A stretch of DNA of 64,000 bases, taken from sequence record KX397373.1; one strand, written 5' to 3'. This document shows, one piece after another, positions 38,109 to 46,732 of the stretch (its first letter is position 1; each line of letters starts with the position of its first letter). Under the pieces are notes generated by a model. The model made no database searches. It worked only from the letters and a program-made list of their open reading frames with translations, and was not told the DNA's origin. Both the position numbers and the translations under genes were made by a program.

Positions 38109-38260
38109 ATACCCTATTGTTGTGAAAGCCTGTGTCTTTTGGACAAGGCGTAAACTATCACCTACGGCTATGCACGGCGATACGTTCTCAAGTTGACGTG
38201 GTTATCAGGGAAGTTAATAAAAACCTGCCACAGGGCTTCTGAGAGCGTTTTAGAGGGTAT
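38109..38260 (+). promoter_or_regulatory. Putative structured 5' leader of dam
   Basis: Nested complementarity: ATACCCT(38109-15)/AGGGTAT(38254-60) and AAGCCTGTG(38126-34)/CACAGGGCTT(38229-38). Confidence 0.4.
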
Positions 38261-38262
38261 TA

Positions 38263-39081
38263 ATGATTAAACCAATTCTTAAGTGGATGGGTGGGAAGTC
38301 TCGTATCCTCCCTGTCCTATTACAACACCTGCCTCAGCGCAACACGTTTGTGGAACCGTTCGTGGGTGCAGGTTCGGTATTCCTGAATACCGATTATGAC
38401 AATTACATTTTGGCGGATTCAAACCCTGACCTGATTGAGCTATTGTCAATTGCAAAAGACCAACCCGAAGCGTTAATCGCTGCTACCCAACCGTTGTTCG
38501 TAGACGGGAATGTACGGCGAACGTTTATGGAGCGGCGTGAGGCGTTTAACGCGACAGGTACCGATGGGATGTCGCGAGTTGATCGTGCAGCAATGTTTTT
38601 GTACTTAATGCGCCACGGGTATAACGGGATGTGTCGTTATAACGGAAGCGGGGGCTTTAATGTGCCGTTCGGCAAATACCCCAACGGGGTGTATTATCCG
38701 CTGAATGAGATTAATGCCTGGGCGAAGAAATGCAAAGACGCTGATGTGACTTTGCTGTGTGCAGATTTCCGCACCGTACTGGAGTCGTGTCCAGACAACG
38801 CAGTTATCTACGCTGACCCGCCGTATATCCCGCTGTCCGAAACAGCGAAACACGCGCAATACCACAAAAAAGAATTCTCGCAAACCGACCACCGTGTGCT
38901 TTCCCGTATGCTGTTCGCGCAGGTTGAACGGGGAAACAATGTGGTGTTGTCCAATGCAGATACTTTATTAACTCGCGAAATCTATCACGGCTTCAACTGG
39001 CACACAGTGGAAGTCGGACGGTATATGTCCGCGGATAAATCGAAACGTAAAACGGTACCTGAATTAATCGGTGTACTGTAA
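38263..39081 (+). CDS. dam: DNA adenine methyltransferase (Dam/D12 class)
   Basis: KWMGGKSR, FVEPFVGAGSV, RYN.SGGFNVPFG and YADPPY motifs. Confidence 0.95.
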   Translation: MIKPILKWMGGKSRILPVLLQHLPQRNTFVEPFVGAGSVFLNTDYDNYILADSNPDLIELLSIAKDQPEALIAATQPLFVDGNVRRTFMERREAFNATGTDGMSRVDRAAMFLYLMRHGYNGMCRYNGSGGFNVPFGKYPNGVYYPLNEINAWAKKCKDADVTLLCADFRTVLESCPDNAVIYADPPYIPLSETAKHAQYHKKEFSQTDHRVLSRMLFAQVERGNNVVLSNADTLLTREIYHGFNWHTVEVGRYMSADKSKRKTVPELIGVL

Positions 39082-39090
39082 GGGCAAGCT

Positions 39091-39897
39091 ATGAACGTTT
39101 ATGATGTTTACGCCGATAACGATGACCAGAAATCGGTTACCTTTGCGGGCAAACTCACACGGCTGGAGAAGGTCAGGGAAAGTATTCAGGGGATGCGTCC
39201 GTTGGATGAGGACAGTCACTGGTTGGTGGTGACGAACAGCGGGACTGTGCAGCTGTATTTCCGTGGCACAGTCAATGGCGGGGTGTTGTATCTGTACGAA
39301 CTGCACTCGCTGTGTGCGGAGCCGATATTTACCGCCTGGCGGTCGTTGATGCGCCAGTTAGAAGTGAAGCACATTGATTTGTCTGTACGTCACGACGATC
39401 GCAGTCACGTTCATCTGTACGAGCAGCTGGGTTTCGAGTGCGTTTCCCAACGTGTGGAAATCACCGTCACCGCAGATGCTGTCTTTGAACCAGATTCCAA
39501 CGTGGTGGGTATCGAAAACCTGACTATCGAGCAGACAGGTGAATTGTGTACGCTGATACGTGCTCGGGCTGTCACTGACAAAGCCGCCGAAGAGTTACTC
39601 GGTGAGTTGGCGATGGGGTTCATCAGTGGTGTCGTGCTGCTGACGGACAATCACGTTGGGGCGTGTTTGTTGTACAAAGAGTTCCCGAAGATGTTGGTCG
39701 GGGAACAATGTTTCTGTGTGATGGCCACCACTGACCCGGATTACGGTCATGTCTTTGGCCTGTGTTACGCCGGGTTAATGTTGTTGGGCCAGCGCACACA
39801 GAAGAAAATTAATCTGGGCTTTGCTGTCGATTATCACCCAACCGCACAGGAGGGCGTGGTCTATCGGCCAGTAACGCACCACTATTCGTTGCGATGA
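39091..39897 (+). CDS. Hypothetical protein, possibly degenerate GNAT-like
   Basis: DLSVRHDDRSHVHLYEQLGF resembles GNAT motif B. Confidence 0.5.
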   Translation: MNVYDVYADNDDQKSVTFAGKLTRLEKVRESIQGMRPLDEDSHWLVVTNSGTVQLYFRGTVNGGVLYLYELHSLCAEPIFTAWRSLMRQLEVKHIDLSVRHDDRSHVHLYEQLGFECVSQRVEITVTADAVFEPDSNVVGIENLTIEQTGELCTLIRARAVTDKAAEELLGELAMGFISGVVLLTDNHVGACLLYKEFPKMLVGEQCFCVMATTDPDYGHVFGLCYAGLMLLGQRTQKKINLGFAVDYHPTAQEGVVYRPVTHHYSLR

Positions 39898-40724
39898 GGG
39901 CAGGCATGTTACGAATTGTAGAACGCACAGAGCATTTGTTGGATAGGGAATGGTTGGAAGACCGACACGCTTTGTTCTTTCTTGAACGTATCCGTTTAGA
40001 TGACATGAAACCACCGCGTAAGTTGTTTTATCGAATCTTTGAAGCGTTTGAGAGTGAGTCTCCGGCACCGAGTGCGGTGGTCTTGTGTTTAGACCACGGT
40101 TTCATGCTGGAGCTTATCACCATGGCTCGCGATGAGAAGGCTAAGCTGTCTTCTCTCGCCGACGACTTACTGACCGCGACGTTACACACGTATATCGTGA
40201 CGCACACCGTGGAAGAAGGTGAGGTGTACGCCCGTATGGGGTTCCATTGTTCTACCGTGAACTACCGCATTAAGAATCCGCAACCGGAACAACCGGATGT
40301 TGACTTCCAACCTACACTGGAAGCGGCATTTGATACTCGCGAGAAGTTTCTGGAATGGGTTTCGGTCATTTACGGCCGCGAATCCATTTACGACATCATG
40401 CTCACTGGGGGTCGGTTTGTTTCGATGCGGGATGACGCAGGGCTATGTGGGACGGTTATCTCTACGTCCCCTGGCAATGAGCGTTGGGTGGTCGGCAAAG
40501 CGTTTGACGGGCAGGGCAATATTCTGCAACTGACTACCGCACGCTTTGCGGCGTTTATGAAATGTATTTTGTCCTCGTTACCGAAAGGTGAAGAGGTGGT
40601 TTATACCTATCACCAGTTTGAAGGTGGGAATGAAGCCATGTGGTTGCTGCAAAACGGTTGGCTACCGGAAAGCTTTGAATACGCCCGTTCTAAATCCCAT
40701 AAAGGAGTAACTAATGCAAATTAA
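39894..40724 (+). CDS. Hypothetical protein, possibly degenerate (tandem) GNAT-like
   Basis: VYARMGF and AMWLLQNGW motif-B-like segments; ATGA-coupled to the previous gene. Confidence 0.45.
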   Translation: MRAGMLRIVERTEHLLDREWLEDRHALFFLERIRLDDMKPPRKLFYRIFEAFESESPAPSAVVLCLDHGFMLELITMARDEKAKLSSLADDLLTATLHTYIVTHTVEEGEVYARMGFHCSTVNYRIKNPQPEQPDVDFQPTLEAAFDTREKFLEWVSVIYGRESIYDIMLTGGRFVSMRDDAGLCGTVISTSPGNERWVVGKAFDGQGNILQLTTARFAAFMKCILSSLPKGEEVVYTYHQFEGGNEAMWLLQNGWLPESFEYARSKSHKGVTNAN

Positions 40725-40998
40725 TCGTTCTATTGCCAAAACCAAAGAAGTGGTTTACACCGTTGTCGACGGTAACGACGAACAGTTCGCTGCGGTCATC
40801 GATGAAGACCATGTTTTGCAGGTAGCCTACCCAGGCGAAGAAGTGACCCGTGGACACCAACGTGTCCTGGATAAACTGATTGCCAAAGTGAAAGGTCGTG
40901 ACGGGGTGAAAACCTACAATGTACTGACTGGCTACACGCTGCAACAAGGCGAGAGCGAAATCCTGATTGTGGCCAACGGCGTATCCGAACTCGTTTAG
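40714..40998 (+). CDS. Hypothetical protein
   Basis: 94 aa, AAAGGAG RBS. Confidence 0.75.
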   Translation: MQINRSIAKTKEVVYTVVDGNDEQFAAVIDEDHVLQVAYPGEEVTRGHQRVLDKLIAKVKGRDGVKTYNVLTGYTLQQGESEILIVANGVSELV

Positions 40999-41028
40999 TA
41001 TGACCCTGAAACTGTGTTGAGGTTTACC

Positions 41029-41514
41029 ATGGATATGATCGAACTTGGTCAAATGGACCAGCACAACTTCGACCTGGATGTTCGTAGCCGCGAAGACTGT
41101 TCACCTGAGGTGATGATGTCGGCGTACCACGAACTGTTAACCGGCGAGCCACTGACTGACGAATACGTACACCGTTTCGAGAAAGTGCTTGCTGGCCTTA
41201 TCGGGTCGAATGCTGCCCATGTTGGCCTGCTGCATGAAATGAACTTCTCAGGCGTCGAACCACTGGATGCTGCGGCTATCTTAAAAGACGGTGCAGCCCC
41301 TGGCGACGAAGTGATGGACATGATTGCAAATATCCGCGCGCAGTTTGATGAAGCTGCTGAGAAGTACGCGGAGGAATTGGAAGGGCGGGATTTGGTGGCC
41401 CCACTAGACCCGAACCCAACCGATGAACAGCGTCGTGCAGCAAAACTGACGCTCGCACGTTATATCATCGCAGCCATCCTCACCGATGACCGTGAAGAAA
41501 ACGAGCTGAGTTAA
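41029..41514 (+). CDS. Hypothetical acidic protein
   Basis: Start moved to the ATG at 41029 after GAGG. Confidence 0.7.
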   Translation: MDMIELGQMDQHNFDLDVRSREDCSPEVMMSAYHELLTGEPLTDEYVHRFEKVLAGLIGSNAAHVGLLHEMNFSGVEPLDAAAILKDGAAPGDEVMDMIANIRAQFDEAAEKYAEELEGRDLVAPLDPNPTDEQRRAAKLTLARYIIAAILTDDREENELS

Positions 41515-41520
41515 GGCGTG

Positions 41521-41560
41521 CCTCCTTGCCTACGGGTGAGGAGGTTCCCTTTATTTTTTT
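41521..41560 (+). terminator. Intrinsic terminator
   Basis: CCTCCTTGCC-TACG-GGTGAGGAGG followed by a T tract. Confidence 0.7.
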
Positions 41561-41613
41561 ACACTGGGCCACCTACTTATGTGAAAATCGCCCAACCTTT
41601 GAGGAAGAAATAA

Positions 41614-41949
41614 ATGTGGATTAGTTCGATTCATCGTGACCTGCCTAAAATTGTGGACTTCGGCACTTCGACAACCGGTGACCCGCACCCGGAGCCAGTC
41701 CAGATTGACGTGGGATTGGTGCGCTTTGACCGTATGGAAGAAGGCATGTTCATCGTTATCGATGACAAAGAAAACGAATTTGTGCTGTTCCACGAAGAAG
41801 TGGATACCAGCGAAATCGTTGAAGGTGTCTGGCTGGCAAGCTGGCACGACAAAACCACGGACAAGTGGATGTGGGCAACCGCGAAACAAGTCGGTGAAAA
41901 TTCCTTTGTGCTGAGTGAGAAGCATCACGTCGAGCCGATTCCTCACTGA
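41614..41949 (+). CDS. Hypothetical acidic protein
   Basis: 111 aa, GAGGA RBS. Confidence 0.7.
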   Translation: MWISSIHRDLPKIVDFGTSTTGDPHPEPVQIDVGLVRFDRMEEGMFIVIDDKENEFVLFHEEVDTSEIVEGVWLASWHDKTTDKWMWATAKQVGENSFVLSEKHHVEPIPH

Positions 41950-41963
41950 TCGCAAATCCTTTC

Positions 41964-41983
41964 AGATAGATGTTATTCAAGGG
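41964..41983 (+). promoter_or_regulatory. Putative early promoter (variant) followed by a GGGAG/CTCCC hairpin
   Basis: AGATAGATGTTATTCAAGGG; hairpin at 41981-42000. Confidence 0.6.
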
Positions 41984-42022
41984 AGAACTTATACACTCCC
42001 TGTTAAACCTAAAGGAATACTC

Positions 42023-42643
42023 ATGAAATCAATCGCCATCCCCATGGGCACTGTTCAGTTCCCAGAGTTTTCTGGCATCCGTATTTACCTGGCCGAAGCC
42101 TTGGCAGGTGTTGCACACAAACTGGTGGAAGGTCCTTACTCCGCCATTGTTCGCAAGATGTTGGATGATGCACAGATTCCAGCAGACCAGAAAGTTTTCC
42201 TTACCATTGACGAAAAGGAACTGGCCGCCGGTCAGCCGCATCGTCGTGGTGGTGCGCACATCGACGGTGTGTACGATATGTTTGCCGATGAAACCCGTAT
42301 GGGTTGGGGCGGTGGTGGTGGTTGGTTAAATGGTGTTCCTGGTCGGATGCTTGACGACGCAGGCCACAAACGTTCTTACCAAAATGAGAACGGTGGCATG
42401 TTGATCGTTTCCAGCTTCCCTGCCTGTCAGGTGTGGACCGGTGAGTTAGACGGTGTGGCCGGACAAGGCGGTAGTTGCGAGCATCTGCGCGACAAGTTCG
42501 ATACTCTGGAGACGAGCGTAATGGACGCCAACCGCGTTTACAAAGCCAGCTCCATGTGTATCCACGAGTCGCTTCCTGTAACACAGGACGTTAAACGTCA
42601 GCTGTTACGAATCACGCTGTCGGAGCAATACCAATTTCATTGA
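42023..42643 (+). CDS. 2OG-Fe(II) oxygenase-like protein
   Basis: H-x-D (AHIDG), distal His (IHESLP) and R..LR (RQLLRIT) facial-triad pattern; CCTAAAGGA RBS. Confidence 0.7.
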   Translation: MKSIAIPMGTVQFPEFSGIRIYLAEALAGVAHKLVEGPYSAIVRKMLDDAQIPADQKVFLTIDEKELAAGQPHRRGGAHIDGVYDMFADETRMGWGGGGGWLNGVPGRMLDDAGHKRSYQNENGGMLIVSSFPACQVWTGELDGVAGQGGSCEHLRDKFDTLETSVMDANRVYKASSMCIHESLPVTQDVKRQLLRITLSEQYQFH

Positions 42644-42666
42644 GGTAGGCTCCAAGGAGAAATCCC

Positions 42667-42981
42667 ATGGCTAAGCAATATACCATTGTTAAACGTGAAG
42701 GTACGACGCTGCTGTACGCAGAGAAGAATGGCGACAAAGACGCCGTAGCCAAGAAACTGAACCTGCAAGGGTTCCTCTATCAGGGTCTGCGTAAAGGTCT
42801 TACTATCGTCTTCAAAGGGTTACCCCAAGCCAAGAACCTGCGTGTTCTTCGTGCCGACGGTAACCTGAAGGCGTTGACTCCGGATGTTCCAGTTGACACC
42901 TTGCCGGTGAAAGCTGTGAAGAAGCCCGCAGCCAAAACCGCCAAAGCTCCTGCGAAGTCTCGCAGCCGCGCAACGGCATAA
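42667..42981 (+). CDS. Small basic protein with K/A/P-rich histone-H1-like tail
   Basis: C-terminus PVKAVKKPAAKTAKAPAKSRSRATA. Confidence 0.7.
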   Translation: MAKQYTIVKREGTTLLYAEKNGDKDAVAKKLNLQGFLYQGLRKGLTIVFKGLPQAKNLRVLRADGNLKALTPDVPVDTLPVKAVKKPAAKTAKAPAKSRSRATA

Positions 42982-42984
42982 CCT

Positions 42985-43019
42985 AATCCCTACCCCGATA
43001 ACGGGTAGGGATTCTTTTA
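42985..43019 (+). terminator. Intrinsic terminator
   Basis: AATCCCTACCC...GGGTAGGGATT followed by a short T run. Confidence 0.7.
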
Positions 43020-43044
43020 TTAATTCCCTAGGGAAATAAACATC

Positions 43045-43494
43045 ATGTTTCAAAACTCAGTTGTGTCAACGACGGAATTAGTTGCGTTTAAACGGCGCAC
43101 CTCCCAGGCACTCGAGGAGGAAAACCGTCTTGGTGGAATGAAGGAAGTGGTGGAAGCCTTCCTTAACTGGCCGCACGTTGCTACCCTGTGGTGTAACGAA
43201 GGGCAAACCCGTGTCGAGGGTGGAAAGCATCGTACGCGGAACCATCATTATATTTCGTTTGTGGTAACGCAGGAAGGACTGCATGATCTCGAGAACATCT
43301 ATAGTGCGTGGCAGACTCACCCGTTAAGTGAGCGTATTCAAATCACGCTTTCCAGAATGCGTTTTGGCCCAGCGGATACCGAGACCTTCGGTGGCTGGAC
43401 GTTCAAACTTAACTACCGTCCTGACCCAGAAGTCATCAAGGACGTGTGTGAGCATTGGTTAAAGATCGCCAATTTTACAGATAGCGACCATTAA
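43045..43494 (+). CDS. Hypothetical protein (paralog of the next gene)
   Basis: L.AFK.RT..ALE....G..E...A....P...T.W...G shared with 43517-43993. Confidence 0.75.
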   Translation: MFQNSVVSTTELVAFKRRTSQALEEENRLGGMKEVVEAFLNWPHVATLWCNEGQTRVEGGKHRTRNHHYISFVVTQEGLHDLENIYSAWQTHPLSERIQITLSRMRFGPADTETFGGWTFKLNYRPDPEVIKDVCEHWLKIANFTDSDH

Positions 43495-43516
43495 ATGTAA
43501 GACCCTAAAGGAGGAT

Positions 43517-43993
43517 GTGATGAAGAAGCGTTATGGTGGTGTTAGCTTATCGGATTTGAAAGCGTTTAAGCAACGTACCTTTGAAGCACTGGAAAAGAAA
43601 TGGATTGAAGCCGGTATCCGGGAAGCGTGTAAAGCCATCAACAAGCACCCTGGCGCAACTACCGTGTGGGCTTGTCAGGGACACGGCCCGTACTCAAAGA
43701 AGAAGGCTCCGAACAATTGCAACATCGTGTTCGCAGTAGCCGCTGGGTACGAGCACCTGATTGATGAGTTTATCGCTGAGTTGATGGACTCAGAGTTGCT
43801 CCCGTTATGGAATCTGGCACTGTGCCGTTTACAGTATCCTGATGCGTCGTTCCACATGCTGGAAGACACCACGTTGAAGAACACTTACAACGCCTGGCAA
43901 ATCTCCTACGGGTTCATGCACACCGAAGCGACCTTGCGCGAAGTGCGTAAGACTTTCCTTTCCGCTGCTAATAAGGTATTCCGTTCAAAATGA
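43517..43993 (+). CDS. Hypothetical protein (paralog of the previous gene; weak TYW3-like N-terminal motif)
   Basis: I...C..IN..PG.TTVWACQGH motif. Confidence 0.75.
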   Translation: MMKKRYGGVSLSDLKAFKQRTFEALEKKWIEAGIREACKAINKHPGATTVWACQGHGPYSKKKAPNNCNIVFAVAAGYEHLIDEFIAELMDSELLPLWNLALCRLQYPDASFHMLEDTTLKNTYNAWQISYGFMHTEATLREVRKTFLSAANKVFRSK

Positions 43994-44691
43994 GCAAACA
44001 AAAGAAACCCCGCAACAAAAAATATAATCCTCGCCAGGCACTGGACAACAATGCCTTGCAGGTTGCTGAGAACGCCCTGAACCGTATCACGTTCATCGGC
44101 AGCTCCATTCGGCGTATGGCCCCGTATGCCGGTCGTGGGTTCCACATGACCACCACGCCACGTATCCGCATGATCGCCACGGATATGCTCGTACAGGGCC
44201 TCTACGACCAGAACCGGGCATGGAAGCTCTGGGTCGCCCATCTGTCTTCCAACTCTGCCGGGGAAATTGAGGCTGAGTCAATGGTCTGTACCCTGGACGA
44301 TTACAACCTGGGTGATTTCTGCCAGCACGCGGAACAAATCATTCGTGACCTGCGCCCTGAAGGTGCAGGAGAATACTTCGGTTATGCGTTTGTCGCCGCA
44401 CCTAATGAGCGTTACGAACTGGCGGATTCCGAAGACCGGCTGCTGGAAAACTTCATGCACTCTGGCCTGCTCGATAAAGAGAAACACCTCGACGAGAAAG
44501 ACCAGTTTGTCACCCGCGAACAAATGACCATTATGCTGATGTCGGACACCGGTAAGTTTGACGTAAACGTTCAGCACAAAGTCGAAGTGCCGGACATGGT
44601 CTACAAGACCCGTGAAGAAACCTTATTGGAGACAGTCGATGTTCCTGAAGAGAATAAAGGCGCTGTTCAAGAAAGAGAAGACGACTACTGA
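43990..44691 (+). CDS. Hypothetical protein with basic N-terminus
   Basis: 233 aa starting MSKQKKPRNKKYNPR; ATGA-coupled. Confidence 0.75.
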   Translation: MSKQKKPRNKKYNPRQALDNNALQVAENALNRITFIGSSIRRMAPYAGRGFHMTTTPRIRMIATDMLVQGLYDQNRAWKLWVAHLSSNSAGEIEAESMVCTLDDYNLGDFCQHAEQIIRDLRPEGAGEYFGYAFVAAPNERYELADSEDRLLENFMHSGLLDKEKHLDEKDQFVTREQMTIMLMSDTGKFDVNVQHKVEVPDMVYKTREETLLETVDVPEENKGAVQEREDDY

Positions 44692-45169
44692 TTTTTCTCC
44701 CATTGACCAAGCCATTAAGGATTTTATCCACACTGGCGCGACATGGGATGAGATTCAGCAGTTAGCCCGCCACATGAATTTCGGGTCCGTGTTTGACATG
44801 TGGCTTTACGTGGAAGACGCTGGGCTGCGCAGTGAGTTACGGGTACGTTGTGACCCGGATACCCGTAAGCGTATTGAGGATTACTGGCACCAGGAAATAC
44901 ACGGTAAGCAGCCAGTTGCGTTAATCGTCAGTAACACACGGACGAATTTCGACAACTTGGAAATGTTGACGCGCTGGCTTTGGGATTCAGTAATGTCACG
45001 TTACCCAATGCAGAAAGTTCGTTTCGGCGCTGAACATGTTTCCCGACGTCCTAATCGTGTCAGCTTGAAAATAATTACCCACGGATCGACTGTTCCCGTG
45101 GACGTTGCTTTTATCGAAGGTCTGACAAAGTCCCAGGTAAAACGTTTGATGGAAAGTTACCCAGTATGA
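44639..45169 (+). CDS. Hypothetical protein
   Basis: Start moved to the ATG at 44639 (GGAG upstream). Confidence 0.6.
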   Translation: MFLKRIKALFKKEKTTTDFSPIDQAIKDFIHTGATWDEIQQLARHMNFGSVFDMWLYVEDAGLRSELRVRCDPDTRKRIEDYWHQEIHGKQPVALIVSNTRTNFDNLEMLTRWLWDSVMSRYPMQKVRFGAEHVSRRPNRVSLKIITHGSTVPVDVAFIEGLTKSQVKRLMESYPV

Positions 45170-45660
45170 GAATTTCAGCAAAAGTCGTAGAGGTACCTGC
45201 TAAGTTAGAAGTTGAGGCGGTCGGGATTATTCTGGACCTACCTGTTTCAAGCTTTGCAGACATCGAACATCCCGAGACAGCATTCCATGCATTCTTGAAA
45301 CGATCGATGGTTTATTGCGAATACGGTAACCCCGAGTTAGGGGAAATCAAATTCGGTCGTCTGGTGGAAATTGCTGATCGAATGAAGTGTATTGATCCCG
45401 AGCGTATTTGCGGGGTATTGACGGATGGTAAAGTCGAGGTTGTTCCTGGTGAACGGGTGCGGGTCACCGCGAAGTTCACCCCATCTGGCCCTTATAAAGA
45501 TGCTGCTATAAACTTGATTAAAGCGTCAGAACAACTTTGCCTGAGTGCTCGCTTTCTGTTAAACGAGCAGAGTAAAATAACACAAGTCCCGACATGGGAC
45601 GTTGTCACAGAAGTTCCTGAACAACCGTTCAACTTCGGACTTATTTTGAAAAACCAATAA
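45166..45660 (+). CDS. Degenerate T4 gp21/S80-like prohead-protease-fold protein, copy 1
   Basis: YCEYGNP...R...ID.ERICG...F.PSGPY...LSAR; catalytic His of the G(E)xxHP motif replaced. Confidence 0.45.
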   Translation: MRISAKVVEVPAKLEVEAVGIILDLPVSSFADIEHPETAFHAFLKRSMVYCEYGNPELGEIKFGRLVEIADRMKCIDPERICGVLTDGKVEVVPGERVRVTAKFTPSGPYKDAAINLIKASEQLCLSARFLLNEQSKITQVPTWDVVTEVPEQPFNFGLILKNQ

Positions 45661-45670
45661 GGATTATGTA

Positions 45671-46132
45671 ATGGAAATCGTACGCAAAGTGGCAATTGAA
45701 GCAGACAAGGGTGGTTCAGACGCTTACTGGGTAGTGAAGGTTGCTGACCTGGATGCGTTTACGCGCAACAATGTAAAGTACGTGGGTAAACCGCGTAACC
45801 TGCTGCGTGACTTCTTCCGCCGTCCGCACACTTTCTGCGAGGTCGAGGAGCCTAACCTGGCAATCTACAACCGTCTGACACCGAAAGGGTCGGATGAGTA
45901 TATCGGTCGTATCAATACGGTCGTGCAAAAGAACATCTGTGGCGCGTTGTCTAATCCGCGTGTTGCAGCTGATGGGCGTTCCATTAACCTGGAACTCCGT
46001 CCGTGGGGCCCACATGCGTCGCGCCTGCGTGAGTTACTGCAAAGTGACATCACCCCGGTCTTCGCCATGCGCGCCATGACGGATGTTGACGGTAACGTTG
46101 ACAAAGTTATTACCTGGGATTTGGTTGGGTAA
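45671..46132 (+). CDS. Degenerate T4 gp21/S80-like prohead-protease-fold protein, copy 2
   Basis: FCEVEEP...R...V...NICG...LRPWGPH...FAMRAMTD; both His and Ser positions replaced. Confidence 0.45.
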   Translation: MEIVRKVAIEADKGGSDAYWVVKVADLDAFTRNNVKYVGKPRNLLRDFFRRPHTFCEVEEPNLAIYNRLTPKGSDEYIGRINTVVQKNICGALSNPRVAADGRSINLELRPWGPHASRLRELLQSDITPVFAMRAMTDVDGNVDKVITWDLVG

Positions 46133-46212
46133 TAAGGTAGTGCCCGGAGGTTCGCCTCCGGTTGTTGTACCCTATGTAGTTTGATTATAACAATTCCAAT
46201 AAGGAGAAATAT

Positions 46213-46389
46213 ATGGAAAATGTGTATGTAGTAATAATGGTTTTATTCGGGTTCTGTTCTGGTTTCACTTTCGCAAGATTCTTGAGACTCAGAAAGAAAC
46301 GTGACTTCACTGCTTCGGCAGGGCAACTCTTAATGGCTATCGCGTTCGCGGCAGTCTTTATCTGGGCGGCATGGCAACGTTGGATGTAA
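46213..46389 (+). CDS. Small 2-TM membrane protein (58 aa, absent from the ORF track)
   Basis: AAGGAG RBS; MENVYVVIMVLFGFCSGFTFARFLRLRKKRDFTASAGQLLMAIAFAAVFIWAAWQRWM. Confidence 0.7.
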   Translation: MENVYVVIMVLFGFCSGFTFARFLRLRKKRDFTASAGQLLMAIAFAAVFIWAAWQRWM

Positions 46390-46390
46390 C

Positions 46391-46732
46391 ATGAAACGAA
46401 TAGTTCTGGTAGTTATAGGTGTCCTTGCGGCACCTATTTTCGCTCACGCTGAAGAAGCAGAGCAACTCCTGGTGATAGACCAGGATGATTACGAGCGTGT
46501 GTTTTTAGAATGTGTCAAGTCGTTAAACGGCCCACAGAAAACCACGTTTAATGATTTAGACGAGGCCATCGAAGCTTGTCAGAAAGCGGCTCGGGAGATG
46601 GCCATTAAGCGGGGAAAGTTTAATGTTACCATCGGTGGTCAAAACAAGGACGTACGTGTCCTCGAAAAAGACCACTACATGATTGACCACTACGATAAGA
46701 AAGTAAGAGAAGAGAAAGGGAAAAATAAATGA
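46391..46732 (+). CDS. Putative exported protein with a Cys pair
   Basis: Signal peptide MKRIVLVVIGVLAAPIFAHA; F.EC....GP..T.FND....I.AC motif. Confidence 0.65.
   Translation: MKRIVLVVIGVLAAPIFAHAEEAEQLLVIDQDDYERVFLECVKSLNGPQKTTFNDLDEAIEACQKAAREMAIKRGKFNVTIGGQNKDVRVLEKDHYMIDHYDKKVREEKGKNK

Noticed and set aside
38109-38260. SAM riboswitch upstream of dam
   Set aside because: No match to the SAM-I/II/III consensus elements I can recall; retained only as a generic structured-leader hypothesis.
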